A stretch of 62,948 nucleotides of DNA, filler included, from an uncultured bacterium (GCA_964371695.1; 24 parts of 24 records of this genome joined end to end with filler, not necessarily neighbours in it), one strand, 5' to 3'; numbered from the whole stretch's first letter, positions 1 through 10,780 are shown. Notes: generated by a model from the sequence alone, not told the origin. Numbers and translations: made by a program.

Positions 1-112
1 CGGGGTGGACACCGCCGCTACGCCTGGAAGGTTAACTGCGATGGACGTGAGCACCGCTACTCCTTGGGTTGGTTGGGTGCGCCGCCTGGTCGTCAATTCC
101 TGCACGATTTAC

Positions 113-139
113 TTAAGTTCGCCCCAAGGGAGACGAAAA
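113..139 (+). promoter_or_regulatory. putative sigma-28 (FliA) promoter of first flagellin
   Basis: TTAAGTTC-N11-GACGAAAA resembles consensus TAAAGTTT-N11-GCCGATAA; lies upstream of a flagellin. Confidence 0.4.
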
Positions 140-190
140 GCCGAATGAGGATGTCGTGTGACCCCATGAGGCAGAGGCGTAATTCAATCA

Positions 191-282
191 GCCACGGAAA
201 GGAGGTGAAAACCTTGTCGCCTGTCCGTGGGGTCCTTGCATTTTCACAAGGGCACGGACGCCCGATAAACCATTCAAGGAGG
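191..282 (+). promoter_or_regulatory. CsrA-type binding sites in flagellin leader
   Basis: ACGGA at 194-198, hairpin GGC-ACGGAC-GCC at 251-262, and AAGGAGG overlapping the SD. Confidence 0.55.
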
Positions 283-292
283 AAATTTTTCC

Positions 293-1312
293 ATGTCCGT
301 AATCAATACCAACATCAACGCCCTTACCGGGCTTTCAAACCTCCGCAAGACCAACCTGGGCATCAAGAACAGCCTGGAAAAACTCTCCAGCGGCTACCGC
401 ATCAACAAAGCCGCGGACGATCCCTCTGGTCTTGCCATTGTGCAGGGGATGGAAGGTCAGATCGGTGGTCTGCGCATGGCTGTGCAGAACTCCGAGGACA
501 CCATCAACCTGATTCAGACCGCCGACGGTGCGCTCATCGAATCCGGCGAAATTCTGCAACGCATGCGCGACCTCGCGGTGCGGGCGGCCAACCAGGCCAC
601 CCTCAGCGGCCAGGACAGGCTGAAATTGCAGCAGGAATTCGTGAGCCTGCGGGACGAACTCAACCGCAAGTCCGCCGCCATCACCTTCAACACCAAAAAG
701 CTGTTTGTGCGCAGTGGTGTGGCGGGCAGCTTCAAGATCATCGAGCTGGACAAATACATCCAGAGCACCTTTACGGCGTTTGGCACGCAGGTGGCGCAGG
801 TGGGGCCGGACAACGGCACGCAATATCGCCTGAACGTGAAACTCAGCAGCCTGGACACCTCTGGTCTGGGTCTGGGCACAGCGGGCACGGCCACCACGGC
901 GGTTTCCGAAGGCTTCACGATGGCGAACTACAACGCCTTCAAGGCCAACATCTCGGCGGGTTACATCCGCCTGGTGGGTGGCGACAACACGGGGGCGGCG
1001 GGTCACAGCGTCGCGCTTTCCACGGGTGTGGGCAACGCCCAGCGCGCCATCAGCGCGGTGGACCGGGCCATCAACAACGTGGCGCGTCTGCGCTCCACAC
1101 TGGGTGTGCAGCAGCGGCGTCTGGTTCACATCGTGAACGACCTTACGGCCCAGGACATCAACATCAGTGCGTCCAAAAGCCGCATTCTCGACGCCAACAT
1201 GGCCACGGAAATCACCAACTTCACCAAGCTGCAAATCCTTCAGCAGTCTGGCACGGCCATTCTGGCGCAAGCCAACGCGCAACCTCAAAGCGTGTTGCAG
1301 TTGTTGCAGTAA
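293..1312 (+). CDS. fliC: flagellin (339 aa)
   Basis: MSVINTN...LEKLSSGYRINKAADDPSGLAI N-terminus and ILQQSGTAILAQANAQPQSVLQLL C-terminus; SD AAGGAGG. Confidence 0.97.
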   Translation: MSVINTNINALTGLSNLRKTNLGIKNSLEKLSSGYRINKAADDPSGLAIVQGMEGQIGGLRMAVQNSEDTINLIQTADGALIESGEILQRMRDLAVRAANQATLSGQDRLKLQQEFVSLRDELNRKSAAITFNTKKLFVRSGVAGSFKIIELDKYIQSTFTAFGTQVAQVGPDNGTQYRLNVKLSSLDTSGLGLGTAGTATTAVSEGFTMANYNAFKANISAGYIRLVGGDNTGAAGHSVALSTGVGNAQRAISAVDRAINNVARLRSTLGVQQRRLVHIVNDLTAQDINISASKSRILDANMATEITNFTKLQILQQSGTAILAQANAQPQSVLQLLQ

Positions 1313-1460
1313 ATCTTTTTTCCTCACGGCGCTTCGTTGTCGTGTACGAAGCGCCGGGCATGGTGTTACGGCATGTTGGCCGCGGAAACGTCAAACAGGT
1401 GGTGACAACTTTTCGCAAACGGTTTCAACCCGGCAAGCATGTCCGGCACAATCAAAAAAA

Positions 1461-1511
1461 GGTGGTACGGATGCCGCCCCCTGGCCATTGGCCAGGGCAA
1501 AAACAAGGAGG
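1461..1511 (+). promoter_or_regulatory. CsrA-type hairpin and SD in second flagellin leader
   Basis: GGTGGT-ACGGAT-GCCGCC hairpin at 1461-1478; CAAGGAGG SD. Confidence 0.55.
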
Positions 1512-1515
1512 AACT

Positions 1516-2349
1516 ATGTCTGTTATCAACACGAATATCCAATCCCAAGTAGGGATCAACAACCTGCGGGTGACCAACCTCGGTATTTCCACCGCGCTGG
1601 AACGGCTGAGCAGCGGCTATCGCATCAACAAGTCCGCCGATGATCCGTCGGGTCTTGCCATCGCCACACTGCAAACCGCGCAAATCCGCGGTCTGCGCAC
1701 GGCGGTGCAGAACGCCGAAGACACCATCAACCTCATCCAGACTGCAGACGGCGCACTCAAGGAAACCGACTCCATTTTGCAGCGCATGCGCGACCTCGCC
1801 GTGCGCGCCGCCAACCAGGCGGTGCTCACCACGGCTGACCAGGCCAAACTGAACGCTGAGTTCCAGGCCCTGATGAGCGAGCTGGACCGCAAGGCCAGCG
1901 CCGTGACGTTCAACACCAAGAAAATCCTGGACGGCACCACTGCCCTGAAAACCGGCGCTGTGGCGCAAATCGGCCCGAACAATGCGGCCGAGTATCGCCT
2001 CACCATCACGATCCCCGACACCCAGCCTGCCGCACTGAGCATCAGCACCCAGAAAATCACTTCGGTGAAACTCGCCCAAAGCGCTATCACCAAGATTTCC
2101 CGGGCGATCAACAGCGTGGCGGCCATGCGGTCGAACCTGGGCGTGACGCAACGGCGTCTGGGCCACATCATCAACGATCTGGTTGCCGAGGACATCAACA
2201 TCAGCGCAGCCCGCAGCCGCATCCAGGACACGGACTTCGCCGCGGAAATCAGCAACTTCACCAAGCTGCAGATTCTCCAGCAGTCCGGTACTGCGATTCT
2301 GGCTCAGGCCAACGCGCAACCGCAGAGCGTTCTGCAACTCTTGCAGTAA
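1516..2349 (+). CDS. fliC: flagellin, minimal type (277 aa)
   Basis: ATG at 1516 after AAGGAGG; conserved flagellin termini and very short variable region. Confidence 0.97.
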   Translation: MSVINTNIQSQVGINNLRVTNLGISTALERLSSGYRINKSADDPSGLAIATLQTAQIRGLRTAVQNAEDTINLIQTADGALKETDSILQRMRDLAVRAANQAVLTTADQAKLNAEFQALMSELDRKASAVTFNTKKILDGTTALKTGAVAQIGPNNAAEYRLTITIPDTQPAALSISTQKITSVKLAQSAITKISRAINSVAAMRSNLGVTQRRLGHIINDLVAEDINISAARSRIQDTDFAAEISNFTKLQILQQSGTAILAQANAQPQSVLQLLQ

Positions 2350-2381
2350 AAACCCCTTACAAGGGTTGTCACCACCGATAC

Positions 2382-2416
2382 AGAAGGGGGGCCGGAAGGC
2401 CCCCCTTTCTTTTTTT
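2382..2416 (+). terminator. rho-independent terminator
   Basis: GGGGGGCC-GGAA-GGCCCCCC hairpin followed by a T-rich tract, after the flagellin stop. Confidence 0.85.
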
Positions 2417-2419
2417 AAC

Positions 2420-2558
2420 GTAGCCCCGGCGTCTCGCCGGGGGTGTTTGCCGCGCAGAGGCGCGCACCTTGCAGTTTTTCTGACTTATTTCTTGGAAAAA
2501 CTTCTGTTTTGTGCCGCCTGCGGCGGTTTTTATCCTCCCGGCGAGACGCCGGGGCTAC
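2420..2558. repeat. GTAG-type REP doublet (REPIN)
   Basis: GTAGCCCCGGCGTCTCGCCGGG at 2420 with an inverted copy ending GGGGCTAC at 2558; right half recurs at 37235-37286. Confidence 0.75.
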
Positions 2559-2560
2559 TT

Positions 2561-2615
2561 ATACCAATGAACATTCAAAACAGCAGGAATGTTCATTGGT
2601 TTTAATGGCCTTGCC
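2561..2615 (+). mobile_element. end of repeated IS/MITE-like element (ATACCAATGAACATTC family)
   Basis: Identical >=52 nt at 2561, 15971 and 55198, each next to a contig end; internal 14-bp inverted repeat. Confidence 0.65.
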
Positions 2616-2715
2616 NNNNNNNNNNNNNNNNNNNNNNNNNNNNNNNNNNNNNNNNNNNNTTAATTAATTAANNNNNNNNNNNNNNNNNNNNNNNNNNNNN
2701 NNNNNNNNNNNNNNN
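2616..2715. other. artificial contig spacer (first of 23)
   Basis: 100 nt of N with central TTAATTAATTAA (stops in all six frames), recurring every ~2.6 kb. Confidence 0.99.
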
Positions 2716-2832
2716 TTTTTTATTTTTTTATCTTGCACCCCCGGTTGCGCTTAATCCCCGGCGGGGGGGGGCGGAGGAAGTCGGCTCTTTTCTTTTACCA
2801 CGCACCAACTTCCAGCCACCAACTACCGCTCT

Positions 2833-5112
2833 TCAGTCCCTGGCGTTTTCCTGCGCCACCGAAAGCTGGGCGAATTCCCAGGCCAGCCAGCGGTCATTGC
2901 CGTCGTCAAAGTCCACCTGCACGCGGTCGTCCATCACCGCCAGCACGGTGCCCAGGCCCAGCACCGGGTGGCTCACCCGCGTGCCCGGCGGCACGCCCAG
3001 GTGGCGGCTGCGGGGGGTGCTGATTTCCGGTGACTGGGCCCGCAGGCTTTTGACCACGCGGGCGCCGGTGGCGTCGGTGTCGCTGCGTTTGCCTGCTCCC
3101 GCCCGCCCCCCCGCCAGGGGCCACTGGCGGCCACCACCCCGGCTGCCGCCGCCGCCCCAGGGGTTGTGCAGTTGTCCCGGCGAGCCGGGGGGCGGCGCGG
3201 CTTCTTCCACCACCAGTTGTTCTTTGGGAATCTCACTCAGAAAACGGCTGGCGATGCCCGGCTGCGAGCGGTTGTAGACAAACCGGCTCTGGGCATAACT
3301 CAGGTGCAGGTGTTTGCGGGCGCGGGTCATGCCCACATACATCAGGCGGCGTTCTTCCTCCAGGGCGTTTTCGTCGCCCAGGCTGCGGCTGTGGGGCATC
3401 AGGCCCTCTTCCAGCCCCGGCAGAAACACCACCGGATACTCCAGCCCCTTGGCGCTGTGCAGCGTCATGAGGGTGAGCTTCTGGCCCTCCTGCCGCTGGT
3501 CCATGTCGGTGTAAAGGCTCAGGCTGTCCATGAGTTGGCCCAGCGTGAGGTCTTCGTCTTCTTCCATCTGTTCTTCCACCACGCGCTGAAACTCGGCAAG
3601 GTTGTCCAGCCGCTGGTTGGCTTCTTCGGTGCGTTCCTGCACCAGCATGGCTTCATATCCCGTGTCGCGCAGCAGGGTTTCGATGAGTTCCAGCGGTGTG
3701 AGGGTGTCCTTCTGTTCGTTCAGGGCGCTCATGGCCTGCACAAACGGCGCGAGTTTTTTGCCCGTGGGGCCAAGGCTGGCGAGTTGCTCTGGCGAAAACG
3801 CCATGGGTGAGGTGTTGGACTCCTTGGCGAGGCTCTCGATTTTGGCCAGCCCCGTGGCGCCGATGCCCCGGCGGGGCGTGTTCAGAATCCGGCCAAAGGC
3901 CACCAGATCCATGGGGTTCACCAGCAGGCGCAGATAGGCCATGAGGTCCTTGATTTCCTTGCGCTGATAAAACCCCACGCCCCCCAGAATGCGATAGGGA
4001 ATGTCGGCCCGGCGCAGGCTTTCTTCCAGCACGCGGCTCATGGCGTTGGTGCGATAGAGCACGGCCATGTCCTCCAGCGAGAGGCCGTCATCCTGATGCA
4101 CCCGCACCTGGGCGGTGAGGCCCGTGCCTTCGTGGCGGTCATCGCGGTAGACCTTTAACTGCACGGGGGCCGAAGAGGGTTTTTCGGTCCACAGGGTTTT
4201 GCCCTTGCGGCGGCTGTTTTTGGCGATGACGGCGTTGGCGGCGTTCAATATCTGCGGTGTGCTGCGGTAGTTCTGCTCCAGACGCACCAGCCGCGTGCCG
4301 GGGAAGTCCTCGTCAAAGCGGAACATGTGGTCCACATTTGCGCCGCGCCAACTGTAGATGCTCTGGTCGTCGTCGCCCACCACAAACAGGTTGTTGCGCC
4401 CCCCCATCAGCAGATGCACCAGGCGGTATTGCACCGGGTTGGTGTCCTGAAACTCATCCACCAGCAGGTAATGAAAACGGTCGCGGAACTCCTTGAGGAT
4501 GTCGGGGTTGTAGGTGAGAAACGACACCACCCGCAGCAGCAGGTCGTCAAAATCCAGGCCGTTGCGCAGGTGCAGGGCCATCTGGTATTTGTGAAACACG
4601 TCGGCGAGGCGTGGCAGGTGATAACGGTCTGCCGCCACGGTGTCAGGGTCCAGCAACTGGTTTTTGACATGGCTGATGAAGCCAGAGCAGGTGGCCACCG
4701 AAATGCGGCTGTCCTGCACCATGAGTTCTTCCAGCACGCCATCGAGAATTTTTTTCTGGTCGGAATCGTCGTAGATGGTGAAGTTGGGGTCCAGGTTGAT
4801 GCGCTCTGCCTCTTGCCGCAAAAAACGCACGCAGGCGCTGTGAAACGTGCTCACCAGCATGCCCCGCGCCTGGGGGCCCACCAGCCGCTCCACGCGCTCG
4901 CGCATTTCCCGCGCCGCCTTGTTGGTGAAGGTGACGGCCATGATTTCATTCGGCGCAAAGGCCTTTCGCTGATCCTGTTCCTGATCCAGCAGCCAGGCGA
5001 TTTTGGCCGTGAGGGTGCGGGTTTTGCCCGTGCCCGCGCCCGCCAGCACCATCAGGGGGGTGTCCATCCATTCCACGGCTTCCCGTTGCCGCTCATTCAG
5101 CCCGCTCAACAT
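2833..5112 (-). CDS. pcrA: ATP-dependent DNA helicase PcrA/UvrD
   Basis: LNERQ, AGAGTGKT, VDEFQDTN, VGDDDQSIYSWRGA, LEQNYRST, TLHSAKGLE, EEERRLMYVGMTRAR; C-terminal Tudor-like tail; start set at ATG 5112. Confidence 0.95.
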   Translation of the reverse strand: MLSGLNERQREAVEWMDTPLMVLAGAGTGKTRTLTAKIAWLLDQEQDQRKAFAPNEIMAVTFTNKAAREMRERVERLVGPQARGMLVSTFHSACVRFLRQEAERINLDPNFTIYDDSDQKKILDGVLEELMVQDSRISVATCSGFISHVKNQLLDPDTVAADRYHLPRLADVFHKYQMALHLRNGLDFDDLLLRVVSFLTYNPDILKEFRDRFHYLLVDEFQDTNPVQYRLVHLLMGGRNNLFVVGDDDQSIYSWRGANVDHMFRFDEDFPGTRLVRLEQNYRSTPQILNAANAVIAKNSRRKGKTLWTEKPSSAPVQLKVYRDDRHEGTGLTAQVRVHQDDGLSLEDMAVLYRTNAMSRVLEESLRRADIPYRILGGVGFYQRKEIKDLMAYLRLLVNPMDLVAFGRILNTPRRGIGATGLAKIESLAKESNTSPMAFSPEQLASLGPTGKKLAPFVQAMSALNEQKDTLTPLELIETLLRDTGYEAMLVQERTEEANQRLDNLAEFQRVVEEQMEEDEDLTLGQLMDSLSLYTDMDQRQEGQKLTLMTLHSAKGLEYPVVFLPGLEEGLMPHSRSLGDENALEEERRLMYVGMTRARKHLHLSYAQSRFVYNRSQPGIASRFLSEIPKEQLVVEEAAPPPGSPGQLHNPWGGGGSRGGGRQWPLAGGRAGAGKRSDTDATGARVVKSLRAQSPEISTPRSRHLGVPPGTRVSHPVLGLGTVLAVMDDRVQVDFDDGNDRWLAWEFAQLSVAQENARD

Positions 5113-5235
5113 GCCCGCATTGTGGCCGGGGGCGAACATTTGTTCAAGAAAAGAAGAAGGTGGGAGGTGGGAGGTTGATTGTTGGAGGCTGGTGGCTGGA
5201 AACTGAAAAATAAAACACCGCCCTCGCTCCCCCGC

Positions 5236-5263
5236 CGTCATTCCCGCGAAAGCGGGAATCCAG
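5236..5263. repeat. CGTC-type REP (CGTCATTCCCGCGAAAGCGGGAATCCAG)
   Basis: Palindromic ATTCCC...GGGAAT unit; further copies at ~34692, 39353, 39577, 44616, 57838 and degenerate at 18582. Confidence 0.85.
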
Positions 5264-5523
5264 TAAAACATGGGCAAAAACCCTCCTTATCTTTTGGTAG
5301 TGGATCAGGCNNNNNNNNNNNNNNNNNNNNNNNNNNNNNNNNNNNNNNNNNNNNTTAATTAATTAANNNNNNNNNNNNNNNNNNNNNNNNNNNNNNNNNN
5401 NNNNNNNNNNCGGCCAGATGCCCCAATGGGCATCTGGAAAGACTCCTCGCAAACTACCGCACCAATCAAGCAGCGATGGGGACATCGCTGCTACTCATTT
5501 TAAATCGGACGAACCACTGGCGG

Positions 5524-6828
5524 TCAGTTCTGTTTGCCCGCCATGCGCCAAGTGAACTTGTCGGCCTTGCCCGCCCGCAGATACTTCACCGCGTCGTTCA
5601 GCATGGGGTCGTCGCCCTTTTTGGCGGCGGCTTCAAGCTGTTCGTCGGTGTATTTCAGGGGTTCGTCGGGCACGATGCCAGCCTTATTGATGTCCCGGCC
5701 CTTGCTGGTGAGGTAACGGGCCGTGGTGATGACCACCGCCGTGTTGTTGCGCAGGTGATAAATCGTCTGCACCAGCCCCTTGCCAAAGGTTTTCTGGCCC
5801 ATCAGCACACCCAGTTTGTTGTCCTGAATGCACCCGGCGAGAATTTCGCTGGCGCTGGCGCTGGAGCCGTTCACCAGCACCACCGTGGGCACATCCACAA
5901 TGCGCATGCCCTTGCGCGACATCTGCGTCATGCGCCGTGTTCCCCGTTCCTCCACATGCACCACGGGGCCGTCTTCCAAAAACAGGCTGCTCATTTCCAC
6001 CGCCTGATCCAGCAGGCCGCCGGGGTTGCTGCGCAGATCAAACACCAGCTTTTTCATGCCTTTTTTGATGAGTTCACGGTAAGCCTTGCGAAACTCGTCG
6101 GACGTGTGCTCGTTGAACTGGCGAATGCGGATCATGCCCACGTCTTTCTTTTTCGCGTCCACAAACTTGTAATCCATGATGGGCACCACCACCTTGTCGC
6201 GCTCCATCTTGAAATCTTTCGGTTCCTTGAATCCCTTGCGGTAAACATTGAGCGTGACGGTGGAGCCACGGGGGCCGCGAATGAGGGCCACCGCCTGATC
6301 CATGGCCATGTCGGTGGTGTCCTTGCCGTCAATCTTGAGGATGTAATCCTTGGCTTTCAGCCCCGCCTTGTAGGCGGGTGTGCCCTGAATCGGCTCGATC
6401 ACCGCCAGACTGTTGTCGATGTAGCCGATGAAAATGCCCACCCCATAAAACTCACCGGAGGTGTCAATTTTCATGTCCTCGTTGGCTTTCGGGTCCAGAA
6501 ACCGGGTGTAAGGCTCCTCCAGGGAATCTCGCAGCAGGCCCCGGATGGCGCCATGCACGGCTTTGTCATTCAGCTCATAGGGCTTGTAATAAACCTGCCG
6601 GAGCTGGTCCACCACATCCCACAGCAGGCCAAAATCCTGGGTATACCGTTCGTGGTCGAACTGATTGCCCGCCCCCTGCAACGTGGGCACACCCGATGGC
6701 CCGTTGCTGGCCAATGTGGGCCGCCCCTGAAAGGGCACCCCATAGGCCCGGCTGGAAGCTCCCATACCCGCCACAAACGAAAGTGGCAAAAGCGCCACCA
6801 CCAGCAAACCCAGCACAAAGCGTTTCAT
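5524..6828 (-). CDS. ctpA: S41A carboxy-terminal processing protease
   Basis: Signal/TM segment, PDZ domain (GVGI..GTPA..AGL), DLRSNPGGLL, SASASEI, TFGKGLVQ; start ATG 6828. Confidence 0.95.
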   Translation of the reverse strand: MKRFVLGLLVVALLPLSFVAGMGASSRAYGVPFQGRPTLASNGPSGVPTLQGAGNQFDHERYTQDFGLLWDVVDQLRQVYYKPYELNDKAVHGAIRGLLRDSLEEPYTRFLDPKANEDMKIDTSGEFYGVGIFIGYIDNSLAVIEPIQGTPAYKAGLKAKDYILKIDGKDTTDMAMDQAVALIRGPRGSTVTLNVYRKGFKEPKDFKMERDKVVVPIMDYKFVDAKKKDVGMIRIRQFNEHTSDEFRKAYRELIKKGMKKLVFDLRSNPGGLLDQAVEMSSLFLEDGPVVHVEERGTRRMTQMSRKGMRIVDVPTVVLVNGSSASASEILAGCIQDNKLGVLMGQKTFGKGLVQTIYHLRNNTAVVITTARYLTSKGRDINKAGIVPDEPLKYTDEQLEAAAKKGDDPMLNDAVKYLRAGKADKFTWRMAGKQN

Positions 6829-6937
6829 CTGGCCATTGTAAAAGAACGCTCTGAAAACGTAAAGGTACGGCTGCAACACCCACCCAGGAAGACACGCCAC
6901 CCGCTGTTTTCAATATCAGCCGGTGTGGCGGCGGTGT

Positions 6938-6997
6938 TGCTATCGCCTTTGCTCGGCCAGATTCCCCAATATGCATCTGAAAAAACCCCTCGCAAAC
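6938..6997 (+). repeat. 60-nt structured repeat module (CGCTATCGCCTTTGCTCGGCCAGATG...CTCGCAAAC)
   Basis: Copies at 5411 (partial), 6938, 13457, 26577 (partial), 44398. Confidence 0.8.
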
Positions 6998-7176
6998 GAC
7001 CACTGTGAAGGGCAAAAACCCTTGAGCCAAAAGCAATGGAAACATCCCCAGCATCTCCCCGCCCCTTCACACCAGCGCTTTGTTTGTGGAACATTGGTTC
7101 TGTCTGATTTCGATTTGTCTTAACCGGGTGAAAAAAGTTGCCCTTGACTGAACAGGTTTGCTACACTCCGTTAACC

Positions 7177-7419
7177 ATGACAAACGGGCGCGTCATCATC
7201 CGGCAAACTCATCCGCGCATTGATGTGGCTTATAACCCTCATCGCATCAACCTGTACAACGCCCGAGGCCCCTTTGACCACAACAGCCCGCTCAAGACCG
7301 GCGCCACGCCGTCTGCCGAGCTGGGCAACAATTCGCACCTGCCCGTGGAGGTGCGTGTGCGAGGAACATCCTCCGTAACCTTTGATGGCGTTGGGGTTCA
7401 GCTGGATACACTGAGCTAA
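7177..7419 (+). CDS. small hypothetical protein
   Basis: TTGCCC-N18-TACACT promoter-like sequence then ATG; stop 2 nt before the next gene. Confidence 0.5.
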   Translation: MTNGRVIIRQTHPRIDVAYNPHRINLYNARGPFDHNSPLKTGATPSAELGNNSHLPVEVRVRGTSSVTFDGVGVQLDTLS

Positions 7420-7421
7420 GG

Positions 7422-8001
7422 GTGATCAAAACGTTTTCTGGCATCTTTCGCCTCGCCGGGGCAGGCGTTTTTCTGCTGGCGGTGCTGGCCCTTGGCCTGA
7501 GCGCCCCGCCCGCCCAAGCCGGTTTTGTAGACCAGTTCGCCGTGGTCGATGACATTGGCCGCAACAAGATTCCCCGCCTGGGCAAGAGCCGCATTCTGGC
7601 CATTCCCGTGGTGATTGAGAACCTGCGCACCCCCGACCTGAAACGCTGGGAGAAGTTTTTTGGCCCCGGCCCCGGTCCCACGTTTGCCGGTTATTACGCC
7701 GCCGCCAGCCTGGGACGTTACACCCCAGAGGTTGTCCTGGCCAAACCCGTGACCTGGCCCACCTGCCCCCTGCCCCCAAGCTGGAAGGGCTGCGCCATTC
7801 CACGGGGCGACATCACCGCCCTGGGGGTGGGGGTGAAGTTTCTGCACGAGGTGCTCAACCGCGCCCTCACCGAACAGAACCTGGACCTGCGGCAGTTTGA
7901 CACCAACGGCCCCGGTGGCGCGCCCGACGACTGGGCCGACGGCATCCTCATTCTGCCCAACGGCGACTTCCCCGGCGTGGCCCTGCCCATCAGCAACCCC
8001 A
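7422..8001 (+). CDS. secreted protein, probable M6 (immune inhibitor A-like) metalloprotease N-terminus, partial
   Basis: Signal peptide; YYAAASLGRY and DLRQFDTNGPGGAPDDWADGILIL resemble M6 N-terminal motifs; HEXXH not reached before contig end. Confidence 0.55.
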
Positions 8002-8336
8002 NNNNNNNNNNNNNNNNNNNNNNNNNNNNNNNNNNNNNNNNNNNNTTAATTAATTAANNNNNNNNNNNNNNNNNNNNNNNNNNNNNNNNNNNNNNNNNNN
8101 NCCCCGTAAAGGGGAGAGGGTAATAAGGTGGGTTTTTTGTTTCAGGCGGGCGTTCTAGCCCGCCTCATTCAAAAACAGAAAAAACACCTCCGGCCCCCCG
8201 CTCTCGCTCAAGCCTGTTCTTCTGATTGCCGCCTAATCATTTGAACTCACCCTGTTTTTTGCGGTACAACAGCACTTCCCGTTTTTGGGGGGTGTTCTGA
8301 AAGATTTACCCACTTCTTCTTTTCAAAGGAAAAACC

Positions 8337-10607
8337 ATGCCCTTTCGCAAGGAAGCCCTTGAATATCACGCCAAACCCACGCCCGGCAAGATCAGCGTGG
8401 TGCCCAGCAAGCCCTGTGACACCCAGCGGTCCCTGGCCCTGGCCTATACCCCCGGCGTGGCCGCCCCCTGTCAGGAGATCGTCAAAAACCCTGAAAATGC
8501 CTTCAAATACACCAACCGGGGCAATCTGGTGGCGGTGATCACCGACGGCACCGCCGTGCTCGGCCTGGGCAACATCGGCGCTTTGGCGGGCAAACCGGTG
8601 ATGGAGGGCAAGGCGGTGCTGTTCAAACGCTTTGCCAACGTGGATGTGTTCGACATCGAGCTGAACACCCAGGACGCCAACAAAATCGTGGAGATCATCA
8701 AGGCCATGGAGCCGACCTTTGGGGGCATCAACCTGGAGGACATCGCCGCACCCGCCTGTTTTGAAATCGAGGATCGCCTGCAAAAGGAAATGGCGATTCC
8801 GGTGTTTCACGACGACCAGCACGGCACGGCCATTGTGTGTGCGGCGGGTCTGTTCAATGCGGTGGAAATCAGGGGCAAGGCCATCGCCGACCTCAAAGTC
8901 GTCATCTGCGGCGCGGGGGCGGCGGGCATCGGCTCGGCCCGCCTGATGGTGGCCATGGGCGTGAGGCGCGAAAACGTCTTTTTGGTGGACACCAAAGGCG
9001 TGTGCTACAAGGGCCGCAAAGAAGGCATGAACAAATATAAAGAGGAGTTCGCCCAGGATACCAAGGCCCGCACGCTCTCAGACGCCATGCAGGGCGCGGA
9101 CGCGTTCATCGGCGTGAGTGTGAAAGGCAACGTGACGCAGGAAATGGTCAAGAGCATGGCCCCAGGCCCCATCGTGTTCGCCATGGCCAACCCCGACCCG
9201 GAGATTTCTTATGAAGAAGCCATGGCCGCCCGCGACGACCTCATCTTCGCCACGGGCCGCAGCGATTACCCCAACCAGGTCAACAACGTGCTGGGGTTTC
9301 CGTTTATCTTTCGCGGCGCGCTGGACGTGCGGGCCACCACCATCAACGAGGCCATGAAAATCGCCGCCGCCCAGGCCCTGGCCAAGCTGGCCAAAGAGGA
9401 AGTGCCCAAAGAGGTCAAGGCCGCTTATGAAAGCGAAGACCTGCGCTTTGGCCCCGGCTACATCATTCCCAAACCCTTTGACCCCCGCGTGGTGTATTGG
9501 GTGGCCCCGGCGGTGGCCCAGGCGGCCATGGACACCGGCGTGGCCCAGCAGAAGGTGGACATCGAGGTTTACAAAAAAACCCTTCAGCGGTTGCAGCACC
9601 GCAGCCTGCTTTTTGTGGACCGCGTGTTCAACGAAGCCCGCCGCCACAAAAAACGCATTGCCTTTTCAGAGGGCGAAGACGAACGCGTGCTGCGCGCCGC
9701 CGACGTGCTGATGCAGGAGCATATCCTCAAGCCCGTGCTGGTGGGCGATCGCAAAACCATCGAGGCCAAAATCACCGAGCTGTGCCTGGAGCACCTGCAC
9801 GGCGTGGAAATCATCGACCCCCACGACAACGAGTTTCAGGACGAACTGGCCGAGGAGTATTACGCCCTGCGCCAGCGCAAGGGCCTGACCATGAGCCGCG
9901 CCCACGTGCGCTTGGCGATGCCGGGTTATCTGTGCGCGCTGCTCTTGAACACGGGCAAGATTGACGGTTATCTGAGCGGCCTGGACATGCCCTATGGCGA
10001 GGCCCTCATGCCCGCTTTGCAGATCATCAAGATGGCCGAAGACGCCAAACTCATCAGCGGCCTGGACATTCTGGTACACAAACAGAAAACCTTTTTCTTC
10101 ACCGACTGCTCGGTGAACATTGACCTGAACACCGAAAACCTGGCCCAGACCGCCATCAACGCCGTGCGCACCATCCGCCGCCTGGGGTTTGACGCCCGCG
10201 TGGCCATGATCAGCTTCAGCAACTTTGGCAGCGTGGCCCACGACAAGGCCCTGAAGGTGCGCCGCGCCATGAAGCTGGTGCAGGAGGAGTTCCCCGACCT
10301 GGAAGTGGACGGCGAAATGCAGGCTGACGTGGCCATTGACGAGTTTTATCTGCGCACCCAGTTCCCCTTCAGCAAACTCACCCGCCGTGCCAACATTCTG
10401 GTGTTTCCCAACGCGCAGACAGGCAACATCGCTTTCAAGCTGGCCCAGAAGTTCGCCGACGCCACGGTGATCGGCCCGCTGCTGGTGGGCATGCGCAAAC
10501 CGGTGAACATTTTGCAGCGCAACGCCACGGTGGAGGAAATCGTGAACCTCGCCGCGCTCACCGCCGTGGGCGACATCTGGATGAAAAAAGTCGGCCCGGA
10601 GGATTAG
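8337..10607 (+). CDS. maeB: NADP-dependent malic enzyme with PTA-like C-terminal domain
   Basis: [53 protein letters not shown]. Confidence 0.97.
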   Translation: MPFRKEALEYHAKPTPGKISVVPSKPCDTQRSLALAYTPGVAAPCQEIVKNPENAFKYTNRGNLVAVITDGTAVLGLGNIGALAGKPVMEGKAVLFKRFANVDVFDIELNTQDANKIVEIIKAMEPTFGGINLEDIAAPACFEIEDRLQKEMAIPVFHDDQHGTAIVCAAGLFNAVEIRGKAIADLKVVICGAGAAGIGSARLMVAMGVRRENVFLVDTKGVCYKGRKEGMNKYKEEFAQDTKARTLSDAMQGADAFIGVSVKGNVTQEMVKSMAPGPIVFAMANPDPEISYEEAMAARDDLIFATGRSDYPNQVNNVLGFPFIFRGALDVRATTINEAMKIAAAQALAKLAKEEVPKEVKAAYESEDLRFGPGYIIPKPFDPRVVYWVAPAVAQAAMDTGVAQQKVDIEVYKKTLQRLQHRSLLFVDRVFNEARRHKKRIAFSEGEDERVLRAADVLMQEHILKPVLVGDRKTIEAKITELCLEHLHGVEIIDPHDNEFQDELAEEYYALRQRKGLTMSRAHVRLAMPGYLCALLLNTGKIDGYLSGLDMPYGEALMPALQIIKMAEDAKLISGLDILVHKQKTFFFTDCSVNIDLNTENLAQTAINAVRTIRRLGFDARVAMISFSNFGSVAHDKALKVRRAMKLVQEEFPDLEVDGEMQADVAIDEFYLRTQFPFSKLTRRANILVFPNAQTGNIAFKLAQKFADATVIGPLLVGMRKPVNILQRNATVEEIVNLAALTAVGDIWMKKVGPED

Positions 10608-10780
10608 AGCGGTTTCTGCATTGACACGGGAAAAGTAGTGGGGTTTTTTGCCCTCTCCCTGAGGGAGAGGGCAGACCGCGNNNNNNNNNNNNNNNNNNNN
10701 NNNNNNNNNNNNNNNNNNNNNNNNTTAATTAATTAANNNNNNNNNNNNNNNNNNNNNNNNNNNNNNNNNNNNNNNNNNNN

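Noticed and set aside
64-2349. 761-aa ORF that looks like a giant flagellin fusion
   Set aside because: Its first ~480 aa are an off-frame reading of flagellin 1 and the intergenic region; the real gene starts at ATG 1516 with its own SD.
5113-5277. 55-aa N-terminal extension of PcrA (and similar extensions of 43465..44436 and 21389..22084)
   Set aside because: Translates repeats and promoter DNA; family homology begins at the downstream ATG behind a -10 box.
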